Source: an uncultured virus (IMG/VR IMGVR_UViG_3300020214_001677) (taxonomy: Duplodnaviria; Heunggongvirae; Uroviricota; Caudoviricetes). From it: a stretch of 20,000 nt of DNA. Position 1 is the stretch's first letter. Every line of letters begins with the position of its first letter. The notes beneath the pieces were generated by a model that ran no database searches, was not told the DNA's origin, and saw only the letters and a list, made by a program, of their open reading frames with translations. Shown one piece after another: positions 6,855 to 15,543 of the stretch. The position numbers and the translations under genes were made by a program. Location of the stretch: the IMG/VR virus record IMGVR_UViG_3300020214_001677. One strand, written 5' to 3'.

Positions 6855-9497
6855 TTACCTCAGATTAGTCAGACCTTGGATCAACAGATCCATGACCGCC
6901 GGTTGTCCTTCCTGGCCATTCTGGAAGATGATCCGGTCACTGAGACCGTACTTGCCAGAGTTCAGGCTCGGATCCACGATGTACCGGTACAGCAGTACAG
7001 CCCACTTTTCTGGAGCTGTGTGTGAATTGATCCTGTTGTACAGGTCCGATTGAATATCGCCAATGTCCCTGCTGCGCTCGGTTTCGGCAAACATCTTGAG
7101 ATACTTGCTGTTGAACCCGAGTTTACCGGCCTTGGCCATTGAGGAGTGGTACTTTGCGTCTGCACGCTTGAGGCGCACATCAAACTCCTTGAAGAGTCCA
7201 CTTGCCCACTCGACATGTTCCGGCTTGACTATCGACAGTTTGTCCATGACCAACTGACGAGTTTCAGATTCCAGACGACGACCGAATGAAACTTCAACGA
7301 TCATCTTCTTGACTTGATCCAGGGTGTGCTTGTTCACATTGTCCATACGGGTGAATTTACCTTCCACCAGAATGTCCTCAAACGCCTCCTGATCTTGTTT
7401 CTCCATGCCAATCGACAGACGTGTCTTGAACACGAACTTGTCAACAGGAATCTGTTCGCGAATGATCTCGTTCACGATCAACTGCTGCATGTGCATCATT
7501 CCAAACTTCAGGTAGATGAAGGAATCGATGTCTGCCTCCTGTTGATTGGTGTCAATGACATCATTGCTGTTTGCCGGCAGCCACTCAGGATAGCTCACTC
7601 CCATGATTGCAGAGTAAGCCATGATCAAGTTGGCATACGTGCCCACGTTGGGATTCGCAAACTGTGCCCTGATCATCCGTTTGATGTTGTCTCGTGTGAT
7701 CATCCTGCTGGTGTACTCCACTGAATGAGGAATTTCTCCTCGCTCAGAGGTTTCCAACAGAGTCGACATGCCGAACGGAGCAGTGTTCAAGTCGATGACC
7801 GGAACCCGCTCGTCATTACGCCTGTGCCATGGCATGGTCTCTGCATCAAACCACTCAATGCTGTACCCACCTGGTCCGTTTGGTGAACGAATCACTACGC
7901 AGACGTCGATGGCTTCTTCCGGTGTCTCAGGCACAACCATGTTGACTGGCAGTACCGAATCCGAATACAGCTTCTCCAGTTTCTCTCGACCATACTGGCT
8001 GCACCAGATTTTGATCCAGATGAACTTGGCTTGATCACCGTCTTGATCCCATGTGTCATGCAACACAGCGGTATCAACGAACCTGTCGGTGGGGATTACC
8101 ACACCAACATTCTCCAGATAGAAGACACAATTGCGCTTCTCTTCCGGAAGGTCCATCATCGCCATGTGCTCCAAGGCAGCATAGGTATTGACGGTTGCCA
8201 TGAATGCATTGCTCATTGGCAGCCACCAACGGTTGTTGTCTCGTGCTGATTGCATCTGCATTTCTACAGAACCAATCGCCAGCCTGTTAAAGCAAGCAGA
8301 AGCAGACAGATCATTCCCTGCCTCAAGCCACCTGACAACAGCGGTCTTCCAACCAGCCACTACAGGTTCTTCGTGGTGCACACCAGCTTCGTCATGAGCA
8401 AACTTTACTTGGTGCAAGATGAAGTCCGGCACTTTGTTGTCTGCGAACGATTTGGTGATGTCATTCACCAACGATTCCGAATCCTGAACAAAGCGTTCCT
8501 CGGTGAACAACCAATCGTGATTGTGGAACGTGCTTTGCATATCCCACATCGCCGTGTGAATGTTCTCATGAATGAACGCCGTTGCCAGATAGTTGTTGCC
8601 ATCTGAATGGAACTCCGGTTTGATTGCACTGCTGTGGAAGATGACATCGTGAGACATCACCCTGTCAGGCCTGCACAAACCCAGACCCTTTACGAGTCCG
8701 TATGGAGTCCTCAGTCGGAAGATGAACCGGTCAATCTTGTTGCCCATGATCATTGCAATCATACGGCGCTTTTCATGACCTTCTTCCATCTTGTAGCACA
8801 TCTCCCGCAAGAAGCTCTGACTGACAATGATTGGTCCGTCGTACGGATTGCAGTTATTGCCATCAGGGCTCATCTCCAGGGTGACTTCTTCACGAGCAGC
8901 AGGCCAGTTACCCGGTCCGTGATCATGTTCAGCTTCTGGGATTTCATTGCTGGGGTCCACCAACATCAAGCAGCTCAGTTCGTCGAACTTACCAGACTTG
9001 TACATCTGGCATGAACGACCAACTTCTTGCAGTCGCTTTGGTGTCTTCTTTGCATCCAGTGCAATCATGTCCATTGCCTCGAGGCTGAAGATCTCACGAT
9101 CCATTCCATCGATGTAAAGGAAGAATGCATAGGTCGCATTTGCCCAAGCAAAAGTGGATCCATCAACCAACAGGTCGATATTGGTCCTCTTCAACTTGAT
9201 TTCATGCTTTAGGTCACTGATTGAGATTGAACCAAGTCGGAATGTGAATCCTCTTTTGTTCAACTTGCTCAACGCAGGGTAGATCCAGGTTCCATTGTGG
9301 ATTTCCATCAGGTAGTTGGAAATTGTCCTACCTTGTGGAGTCCGTGTCTGGACTTGGATTGGCTCTTTGGTATCCCTGAACAGTTCCAGAGCAGACTTTT
9401 CGTGTGCCCTGGGATTGTTGGTCAGGATTCGCCACTTTCCTGACAGGAATGCGATGATCGGGATTTCGCCCTTCACCGCTTGGTTGATTGCGCTCAT
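6855..9497 (-). CDS. Single-subunit two-barrel (DPBB) RNA polymerase, YonO/RdRP-like
   Basis: In order: KKTPKRLQ, YDGPIIVS (D220), FRLR..GLVKG (K270), VIFHSSAIK (K293), WDMQ, DQDGD (D484/486/488; nt 8034-8048), VVIRSPN (R537), VGTYAN, VIDTNQ. These match the recalled signature series of eukaryotic RdRP/YonO polymerases. RBS AAAGGA. Confidence 0.8.
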   Translation of the reverse strand: MSAINQAVKGEIPIIAFLSGKWRILTNNPRAHEKSALELFRDTKEPIQVQTRTPQGRTISNYLMEIHNGTWIYPALSKLNKRGFTFRLGSISISDLKHEIKLKRTNIDLLVDGSTFAWANATYAFFLYIDGMDREIFSLEAMDMIALDAKKTPKRLQEVGRSCQMYKSGKFDELSCLMLVDPSNEIPEAEHDHGPGNWPAAREEVTLEMSPDGNNCNPYDGPIIVSQSFLREMCYKMEEGHEKRRMIAMIMGNKIDRFIFRLRTPYGLVKGLGLCRPDRVMSHDVIFHSSAIKPEFHSDGNNYLATAFIHENIHTAMWDMQSTFHNHDWLFTEERFVQDSESLVNDITKSFADNKVPDFILHQVKFAHDEAGVHHEEPVVAGWKTAVVRWLEAGNDLSASACFNRLAIGSVEMQMQSARDNNRWWLPMSNAFMATVNTYAALEHMAMMDLPEEKRNCVFYLENVGVVIPTDRFVDTAVLHDTWDQDGDQAKFIWIKIWCSQYGREKLEKLYSDSVLPVNMVVPETPEEAIDVCVVIRSPNGPGGYSIEWFDAETMPWHRRNDERVPVIDLNTAPFGMSTLLETSERGEIPHSVEYTSRMITRDNIKRMIRAQFANPNVGTYANLIMAYSAIMGVSYPEWLPANSNDVIDTNQQEADIDSFIYLKFGMMHMQQLIVNEIIREQIPVDKFVFKTRLSIGMEKQDQEAFEDILVEGKFTRMDNVNKHTLDQVKKMIVEVSFGRRLESETRQLVMDKLSIVKPEHVEWASGLFKEFDVRLKRADAKYHSSMAKAGKLGFNSKYLKMFAETERSRDIGDIQSDLYNRINSHTAPEKWAVLLYRYIVDPSLNSGKYGLSDRIIFQNGQEGQPAVMDLLIQGLTNLR

Positions 9498-9559
9498 GAT
9501 GAGTTTCCTTTCTCTTGAGCTACTAGCGGCCTCAGAATAGAGACCTAAGTACTAGTCAT

Positions 9560-9582
9560 AAAGTAAAAGGGGCCGAAGCCCC
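9560..9582 (-). terminator. Rho-independent terminator
   Basis: Minus GGGGC-TTCG-GCCCC then TTTTACTTT. The same hairpin recurs at 15091-15104, 16915-16928, 17252-17265, 17723-17736 (one mismatch) and 18152-18165. Confidence 0.8.
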
Positions 9583-9645
9583 TTCTACTGTCGGCTGAAC
9601 CCGACTCTTGTTTTGCAGGGGTGACTTCTTTCCCCTGCTAGGTTA

Positions 9646-9957
9646 TTACTTCAAGCTCTCGATGACCTGATAGGTCTTCTCGGGCTGTCCGTCCACGTAC
9701 TTGACTTTCGTCGTTCCGAGTCGGGTCTTTGGCGTTTTGGCAATGAATGCCTCGGCGCCTTCCTTGTTCGGGAACACATGGACCTTGTAGGTCTTGGGCT
9801 CCTGTGGCTTGGGAGTCTTGACGACTTTGGTCGTTGACCCCTTGGTCTGCACCTGGGTGTCTTCAGCGAAGACTCCTTTGGTGCTGTGGCAGAGGCGAAC
9901 CTCTTCCACGCTCGAGTGCGCATGCCCGCAGGCAACGCACTTGATTTGCTTGTTCAT
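9646..9957 (-). CDS. 103-aa protein with N-terminal zinc-finger-like motif
   Basis: IKCVACGHAHSSVEEVRLC (CxxC-x3-H-x8-C); RBS AAGGAGG. Confidence 0.8.
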   Translation of the reverse strand: MNKQIKCVACGHAHSSVEEVRLCHSTKGVFAEDTQVQTKGSTTKVVKTPKPQEPKTYKVHVFPNKEGAEAFIAKTPKTRLGTTKVKYVDGQPEKTYQVIESLK

Positions 9958-10052
9958 GTCATCCTCCTTGTATGGATGTACATTGCGTCATTTTTGATTT
10001 GGGAAACGACACTTCAACCCTGACTGATACTTGAAGTCTAAGTACTAGTCAT

Positions 10053-10080
10053 AAAGAAAAAGGGGCCCTTTTGGACCCCT
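10053..10080 (-). terminator. Rho-independent terminator
   Basis: Minus AGGGGTCC-AAAA-GGGCCCCT followed by TTTTCTTT. Confidence 0.7.
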
Positions 10081-10102
10081 TCTTCTTTTCCTGCTTGCCT
10101 TG

Positions 10103-10540
10103 TTATTCGTAGATGTGACCGAAGTCGATCTCGCATTGATCAAGGCTTTCTTTTTCCTTGGTCTTCTTCGAGTTCATCAGTTCACCAATGATTTTTCTGC
10201 CTTCTGCCATTGACAGATAGGGCATGCCAGCCAAATGGCCAGCCATCTTGTGTTCGATACGTGACCATTGCGCGGTAATGCCTCCGAAAGCGGACTCCCT
10301 GGCAATAACTTGGTCCACCAACATCAGTTTCCTGATGAGTGCAACTTGCGCGATGCTCATTATCTGAACTTGTCCAGTTCCATCGCACCGAAAGCACTTG
10401 TGGTGCAAGCCTTCCGGATCATCGATGGTTGGCCACAATCCAGTGCCAGCACATGGCTCGCACTTGATGGTCAGTCCTTCAACGTAACCCTTTTCTATTG
10501 CCTTCTGTACTTGTTCATCAAACCGCTTACTCTTACTCAT
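10103..10540 (-). CDS. Protein with DnaJ-type CxxCxGxG zinc finger
   Basis: CEPCAGTG and CFRCDGTG; RBS GGGGAGG. Confidence 0.8.
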   Translation of the reverse strand: MSKSKRFDEQVQKAIEKGYVEGLTIKCEPCAGTGLWPTIDDPEGLHHKCFRCDGTGQVQIMSIAQVALIRKLMLVDQVIARESAFGGITAQWSRIEHKMAGHLAGMPYLSMAEGRKIIGELMNSKKTKEKESLDQCEIDFGHIYE

Positions 10541-10661
10541 GGGTTTTTCCTCCCCATTGTGATTTTGGTAGCCGGATGGCTAGCCATAAAAAATAAAGAC
10601 TAGTAATATAGTTAAATTTACTAGCCATATATAGATCCCTTATTACCAACCAATTAGCTGG

Positions 10662-11177
10662 TTAAAGCTTCTTGGTGGTGTCAACGATAAATGCAGGCTT
10701 GCCAACCTCCTTGGAGTAGGCAAAGCACTGAGCAGTACCGCGGGTAGTCGGGTTATACACCCAGAGAATGTCCGCATGGTCAACCATCCACTCATTGCGA
10801 TGGAAGTTGGCATGACGGCCATCAGGTCCATATATGCCATCGCATACATAGACAATGTCACCTGCCTTTGACAGGATGTCTTGTGCCTCAGTCATTCTGT
10901 TACGACCGAGCATGCTCTTCTTACCCCAGTAATACTCGATGTAACCCTTGTTGGGGATTGCCGCAATGAACGGTACATCAGCCAGGATTGCAGCACGCGC
11001 AAGTGCTTCATCAAAGCCTTCTGCCATTCCGCTGATGACAATCAACTTGTCACCATGCTTTTGCTTTTCCTTTGTCAGAAGGTCCGCAAGATAATCACGG
11101 ACCTCACGACGCTTGTCAACATCCAGAATCAGCTCACGAGAGCCAGTCCCAGCGATGTAGTAGCGGTTTGCTTTCAT
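10662..11177 (-). CDS. YspA-like SLOG-superfamily protein
   Basis: IAGTGSR, VISGMAEGFD, AAIP, RNEWMVDHAD and RGT...GKP are characteristic SLOG/YspA motifs. Confidence 0.85.
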   Translation of the reverse strand: MKANRYYIAGTGSRELILDVDKRREVRDYLADLLTKEKQKHGDKLIVISGMAEGFDEALARAAILADVPFIAAIPNKGYIEYYWGKKSMLGRNRMTEAQDILSKAGDIVYVCDGIYGPDGRHANFHRNEWMVDHADILWVYNPTTRGTAQCFAYSKEVGKPAFIVDTTKKL

Positions 11178-11303
11178 TGTTTTGGGCCCTCCTAAGACCC
11201 TTGACTAGGAAACCATATTCCTAGCCATAAAAAATAAAGGACTAATAATGTAGTTAAATATACTAGCAATGTATAAATCTCTTATTACCAACTAATTAGT
11301 TGG

Positions 11304-12881
11304 TTAATCTTGGTTGTTGTTGATCAATCTATTAATGAACGCTTGGGGGGCGCCAATAATCCAATTTTTGATAAATTTGCGTATGACAAGATTATCAGGT
11401 TCATTAAGAAGTGCATTGTGTTTGCCAAGAAGTTGGGTGATTCGACCCCATTTATTGTCTACTTTAACAATTTCTGCGTGACCAATCCATTTATTTGTTT
11501 CAATGTCCCTAAAGCCAACAATCAAACTGTGCTTTTCAAGAACTCTATCCGCATAACTACCAATGCAGTTGCTCTGAACCGAACCCCACTCAATTAGAGT
11601 GTAAGTATCATACGGGAGAACGCACTCAATCCTGTTCTCAATCCTTCGTCCATTCAACGCATCAACGTCTTCTGCATATTTAATCTTGCGATTTTCTTGT
11701 TTGATCTTATTGTACTCAAGGACAATGAAATTGTGGATTTCTTCAATACTGCCCCTGAATTCAAAGATGTTGTTTCTTACTGTTCGATTTCTGATTCCCC
11801 GAAGCATGCGTCCGCTATCAACCATTAGGCGAAGCAATGCATCAATAAGGGTAACACGACCTTCGGGCGTGACATGTCGTTGAACGACTTTGTCAAGATA
11901 TTCCAGTATCTCTTCTTGAATCTTAGGACGATTGAAGTACTTGAGGAAGTAATCCATATCTTTGAACATGTGCCTGATAGAAGGATAATTCAGGTATTCA
12001 ACATTCTGTCTGATTAGTTGGTCAATCTTTTCAAAGAAAGGTGCAGGGCAGCCCTTGAACAACTTCACAATATATGCTGCGTTCATCAATTCGTTCAACG
12101 TAGATATTCTGTGAAGGCCACCAAATGCATTTTTAGTCAGGCCGAGTTGTCCATCTTTTCCATAAATCTTATTTAAGATATCTTTAACGTTTGTTCCGTA
12201 AGACAAATTATTTATATCAAATTTGCTCAAACCCCAAACGTTATCGGAGAACATGAATAGAGAATGGTTCTCTCGCATGTCGTCAAGTGGCAAGTACTTT
12301 GCTATGGGAATGAACTTGTCAATCGAATAAATAGATTCGATTTCTTGGACTATATTGCGCCAAATGACATTTTCAAAACCATATAGATGACCCCCCAATA
12401 CTCCATCAACATTCCAACAAGGCTTTTTATTAACAAACCAAAGAAGCCTGACTCCGTTGTTGGTTTCGTTGATTGTGAGACAAATATTCTTTAGGTCTCT
12501 CACATAAGTCTTTACTTCAACCGTTTTTGCATTGCCCACCAAACGAAAGAACACAACCCATCCTTTATTGTTACTCTTTTTCTGCATTTTGGTGATTATG
12601 CCCATTGACTTATAGTCACGATAGTTCATAGATGCGTAACCCGTGTGAATTATTGGACTTTCACCAGATTTATCTACCTTTCTCATGATCATCGCCTCGC
12701 CTGATGGGTCCACAAAGCTTTCTGGGTACATAGCTTTGATGTTTGCCTTAAACTCTGAGAAATGAATTGCAGGCCCAAAGCTTACTGCTGTATTAACGTA
12801 ATCATAAACGAATTGCCGTACTCTTGCCATAGCTTCCACGGTTACTACCCCTTTCTTTTCCTCGTTGTTGTGAATTTTCAT
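11304..12881 (-). CDS. PcfJ-like domain protein (525 aa, start MKIHNN)
   Basis: C-terminal P...L.EWG..Q.NCIGSYADRV....LIVGFR...ITQLLGKHN. Start reassigned to 12881 because it follows the same leader and RBS (AGGAGG) as the 11177 and 17967 starts. Confidence 0.75.
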   Translation of the reverse strand: MKIHNNEEKKGVVTVEAMARVRQFVYDYVNTAVSFGPAIHFSEFKANIKAMYPESFVDPSGEAMIMRKVDKSGESPIIHTGYASMNYRDYKSMGIITKMQKKSNNKGWVVFFRLVGNAKTVEVKTYVRDLKNICLTINETNNGVRLLWFVNKKPCWNVDGVLGGHLYGFENVIWRNIVQEIESIYSIDKFIPIAKYLPLDDMRENHSLFMFSDNVWGLSKFDINNLSYGTNVKDILNKIYGKDGQLGLTKNAFGGLHRISTLNELMNAAYIVKLFKGCPAPFFEKIDQLIRQNVEYLNYPSIRHMFKDMDYFLKYFNRPKIQEEILEYLDKVVQRHVTPEGRVTLIDALLRLMVDSGRMLRGIRNRTVRNNIFEFRGSIEEIHNFIVLEYNKIKQENRKIKYAEDVDALNGRRIENRIECVLPYDTYTLIEWGSVQSNCIGSYADRVLEKHSLIVGFRDIETNKWIGHAEIVKVDNKWGRITQLLGKHNALLNEPDNLVIRKFIKNWIIGAPQAFINRLINNNQD

Positions 12882-12999
12882 TGTTTTGGGCCCTCCTAAG
12901 ACCCTTGACCAGGAAACCATATTCCTAGTCATAAAAAATAAAGGACTAATAATGTATTTAAATTTACTAGTCCTATATCAGTCGGCTAAAGAGTATTTA

Positions 13000-15030
13000 T
13001 TAGTTTTCCTTCTTTACCAGATTGTTCTTCATCCACCTGACGAGCTTGTCATGTAGATCTTGTTGTATGTCTCCACTCTTAGCTCGAAACTCTTGAATTT
13101 CAAGTTGTTTGCCGGAATCAAAGATTATGAACCTTGCATGTCCAATCCACTTACTCGTATTTACATCCTCAAAGCCAACGATGAATTGTTGTCTGGCGGC
13201 AACAGCGTCTGCCCAAGAAGTTCCGATGCAGTTGTTCTGTTGTGTACCCCACAGATAAAGATCATGCGTGGTCTTAGGAGCCCTGAAGATTACTCCATCA
13301 ATGATTTCTTTGCCATTGAACGAATTGATCAACCGCGTATTTGAAGTTTTCTTTGCCTCATTCGTGTATTTCATTGCTTCTTGGACTACGTAATCATGAG
13401 TTTGATCAAAGTCATACTTCTGCCTCTTTACTTGTTCAATAACCGCTTTTCTGCGATTTCCAACAGGAATTTTCTTCAATGAAGAAAGAGCGTCAGTAAC
13501 TTGATTCAATAGATGATAGATGGCATTCTGACGGTCAGAAACGTATACACGCCCATAATCCTGTCTGTCGTTTGGATCAATGAGAGCTTCCAGACTCTTT
13601 CTATCAGCTTCATCCCATGTAAAAGTCCGCAAGATTTGATTCTTGTATGCAGTTGTAGCACCAAAGATCTTGAGATACTTCTGCATGTTCTGTACATCTT
13701 GATAATAAGTATTCATACGCCTGCCGCCTGCTCTTGTTGGATATATTACATAATTCTGATCGCCCCCAAGTCTTTCAACCTTGTGTATTACAACTGGTGG
13801 CAGAACAAAATCAATCTTCATTTGTTCAAAGAAATTAGGTCCAAATGCTTTGAACATTCTGACCATTTGAATGGCCGAGCACAACTGGTGCCAATGCTTA
13901 AATTCTTGTTGTCCACCAAATGCTTTTCTTGTAATTCCAGAATTTTCTTTGATAGGAATCTCAAGGAAGATATACCGTGGTTCTTCTTTGCCCATTTTGT
14001 CTACAGGAGTACCAAAGGCATTATTCAATGCTTGGTGAATGTTTTTCGCACCAGATAAATAACGCAAATCATCTTGAGTTATTCCATGTAGTTGAATTGC
14101 CTCCATCCAGTTGTTTAAATATCTGTAATCATCTGGGAAAATTGCGCCAAATGACAGATTTTCACAAATTGGCAAGACGTCTGTCCTCTTGTATACCTTT
14201 TCTAGATAGCAATACGCGTCATTAACGGAACTCTGTAATTCACCCTGTAGAAACTTGATTTTCAATTGCCGAGAAAGAGATTGCCCCCACAGTGGTTTAA
14301 ATCCGTTCTTGTCGACTTTTGTGGTCAAGCAACGTACTCCAACCTTGGTTTCGTTGACAAAGATCATTTCTTTCATCGGTTTGAAAAAAGTCGTGCACGT
14401 TTTCCTGTGCTTCATTTTAATTCCCGCTGTTTCAAGTGCGTTCGCGAGTTTGACATAAAGGGAATCATAATCCCTGCTTTTTTCATCCGATATTGAATCA
14501 TAGTTGTTGTAGTAGGTCATACTTACAGAACAATGAATCGTCCATCCCTTGCCATTCTTTCTCTTGTTGAGATTAACTTCTAGGCCCCATATCCACTTAC
14601 CCCAGTCATGCTTGGTGTAAGCCCATTGTCCCAACATGTTCTTATCTACTTCACCGGTCTCAGCATTGACGATCATTCGTAGATAATACCGTGACTCTGG
14701 CCAAAGGTTCTTTCCAACTTCCGTTATCCCAAATTTCCGAAACCTGTACCCGCTCATCATGTTTTCTGCCTCACAAGCTTGAACTTGATCCCGGTTTTCA
14801 ATGTCGTTGAGTTTCGTAAGCCAATATTGAGCGAAACTTTCAGAGTTTGGGTTTAGCGCATTGTTGTTTTCGTCAACAATGATACCAACCTCTTTCATAT
14901 CGATCATGTTGATTTGACGCAGAATGTCAACTAACTGGTAGGTGTTCTTTGATTCCAGATTGTCTAGGTCAACTACGATCTCTTGAATCGAGTTGTCTTC
15001 GAGTCTGTTAATCCATTTTATTGCTTTCAT
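13000..15030 (-). CDS. PcfJ-like domain protein (676 aa), paralogue of the adjacent gene
   Basis: C-terminal APKTTHDLYLWGTQQNNCIG..WADAV...FIVGF...KWIGHA; shares G[LI]TxxAFGG and KWIGHA with 11304..12881. Confidence 0.75.
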   Translation of the reverse strand: MKAIKWINRLEDNSIQEIVVDLDNLESKNTYQLVDILRQINMIDMKEVGIIVDENNNALNPNSESFAQYWLTKLNDIENRDQVQACEAENMMSGYRFRKFGITEVGKNLWPESRYYLRMIVNAETGEVDKNMLGQWAYTKHDWGKWIWGLEVNLNKRKNGKGWTIHCSVSMTYYNNYDSISDEKSRDYDSLYVKLANALETAGIKMKHRKTCTTFFKPMKEMIFVNETKVGVRCLTTKVDKNGFKPLWGQSLSRQLKIKFLQGELQSSVNDAYCYLEKVYKRTDVLPICENLSFGAIFPDDYRYLNNWMEAIQLHGITQDDLRYLSGAKNIHQALNNAFGTPVDKMGKEEPRYIFLEIPIKENSGITRKAFGGQQEFKHWHQLCSAIQMVRMFKAFGPNFFEQMKIDFVLPPVVIHKVERLGGDQNYVIYPTRAGGRRMNTYYQDVQNMQKYLKIFGATTAYKNQILRTFTWDEADRKSLEALIDPNDRQDYGRVYVSDRQNAIYHLLNQVTDALSSLKKIPVGNRRKAVIEQVKRQKYDFDQTHDYVVQEAMKYTNEAKKTSNTRLINSFNGKEIIDGVIFRAPKTTHDLYLWGTQQNNCIGTSWADAVAARQQFIVGFEDVNTSKWIGHARFIIFDSGKQLEIQEFRAKSGDIQQDLHDKLVRWMKNNLVKKEN

Positions 15031-15081
15031 GGGTTTATCCTCCCCATTGTGATTTGATGACTAAGTCGGATGACTAGTCAT

Positions 15082-15104
15082 AAAGAAAGAGGGGCCGAAG
15101 CCCC
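15082..15104 (-). terminator. Rho-independent terminator
   Basis: Minus GGGGC-TTCG-GCCCC-TCTTTCTTT. Confidence 0.75.
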
Positions 15105-15137
15105 TCTCCCTTATTTCATGTGTGTGTGTGTTGGTTG

Positions 15138-15410
15138 TTATCGCTTGCCTTTTGGCTTGCTATTGCTTTTGCGTGGTGGTTCGCTGGAAAGAATGAATCT
15201 TCCTTCCTTTTGCCACCAGAGCATCGCTTCACCCAATGACTCGCACTTCCCGGCGAGGAGTGCGTCCTCGTGTGGGAAATACCAGTGCCTGACGAAGTGT
15301 GTACCTCGTCGCTTGTGGATTTTGTTTCCTTGACGATCATCCTTTTCCAGGCGTTCCTGCAAGAGAAACATCCTATCGAGGAAGTCGTCGTTTATTTCGT
15401 GTATTGTCAT
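15138..15410 (-). CDS. 90-aa hypothetical protein (start MTIHEIND) with basic tail
   Basis: RBS AGGAGGT before the ATG at 15410. Confidence 0.75.
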   Translation of the reverse strand: MTIHEINDDFLDRMFLLQERLEKDDRQGNKIHKRRGTHFVRHWYFPHEDALLAGKCESLGEAMLWWQKEGRFILSSEPPRKSNSKPKGKR

Positions 15411-15489
15411 GAGTACCTCCTGGTACTTGATTGACACATACACACACAAAAGCTAACGGTCTAAAACTACAGACCTAATTCCTAGCCAT

Positions 15490-15526
15490 AAAGAAAGAGG
15501 GTGGCCGGGTTTCCCGAACCACCCTC
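15490..15526 (-). terminator. Rho-independent terminator
   Basis: GAGGGTGG/CCACCCTC stem with an inner CGGG/CCCG pair, followed by TTTCTTT on the minus strand. Confidence 0.7.
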
Positions 15527-15543
15527 AGTCTTTATTTATTCAT

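Larger units (their letters stand above)
10580..12978. repeat. Three copies of an AT-rich intergenic spacer (10580-10665, 11221-11307, 12925-12978)
   Basis: Shared ctagYcataaaaaataaag(g)actaRtaatRtaKttaaatWtactag; the first two continue into ACCAACYAATTAGYTGGT. Confidence 0.8.

Noticed and set aside
6855..9497. T7-like RNAP, reverse transcriptase or bacterial RpoC
   Set aside because: No T7-type motif B/HDS signature, no YxDD, and no NADFDGD with the surrounding beta-prime regions; the motifs fit the single-chain two-barrel type.
9569..9582. N4-type template-strand hairpin promoter role for GGGGCCGAAGCCCC
   Set aside because: Only 6 of the 17 cores have this hairpin, and on the minus strand it reads as a standard cUUCGg terminator with a U-tract; not fully excluded.
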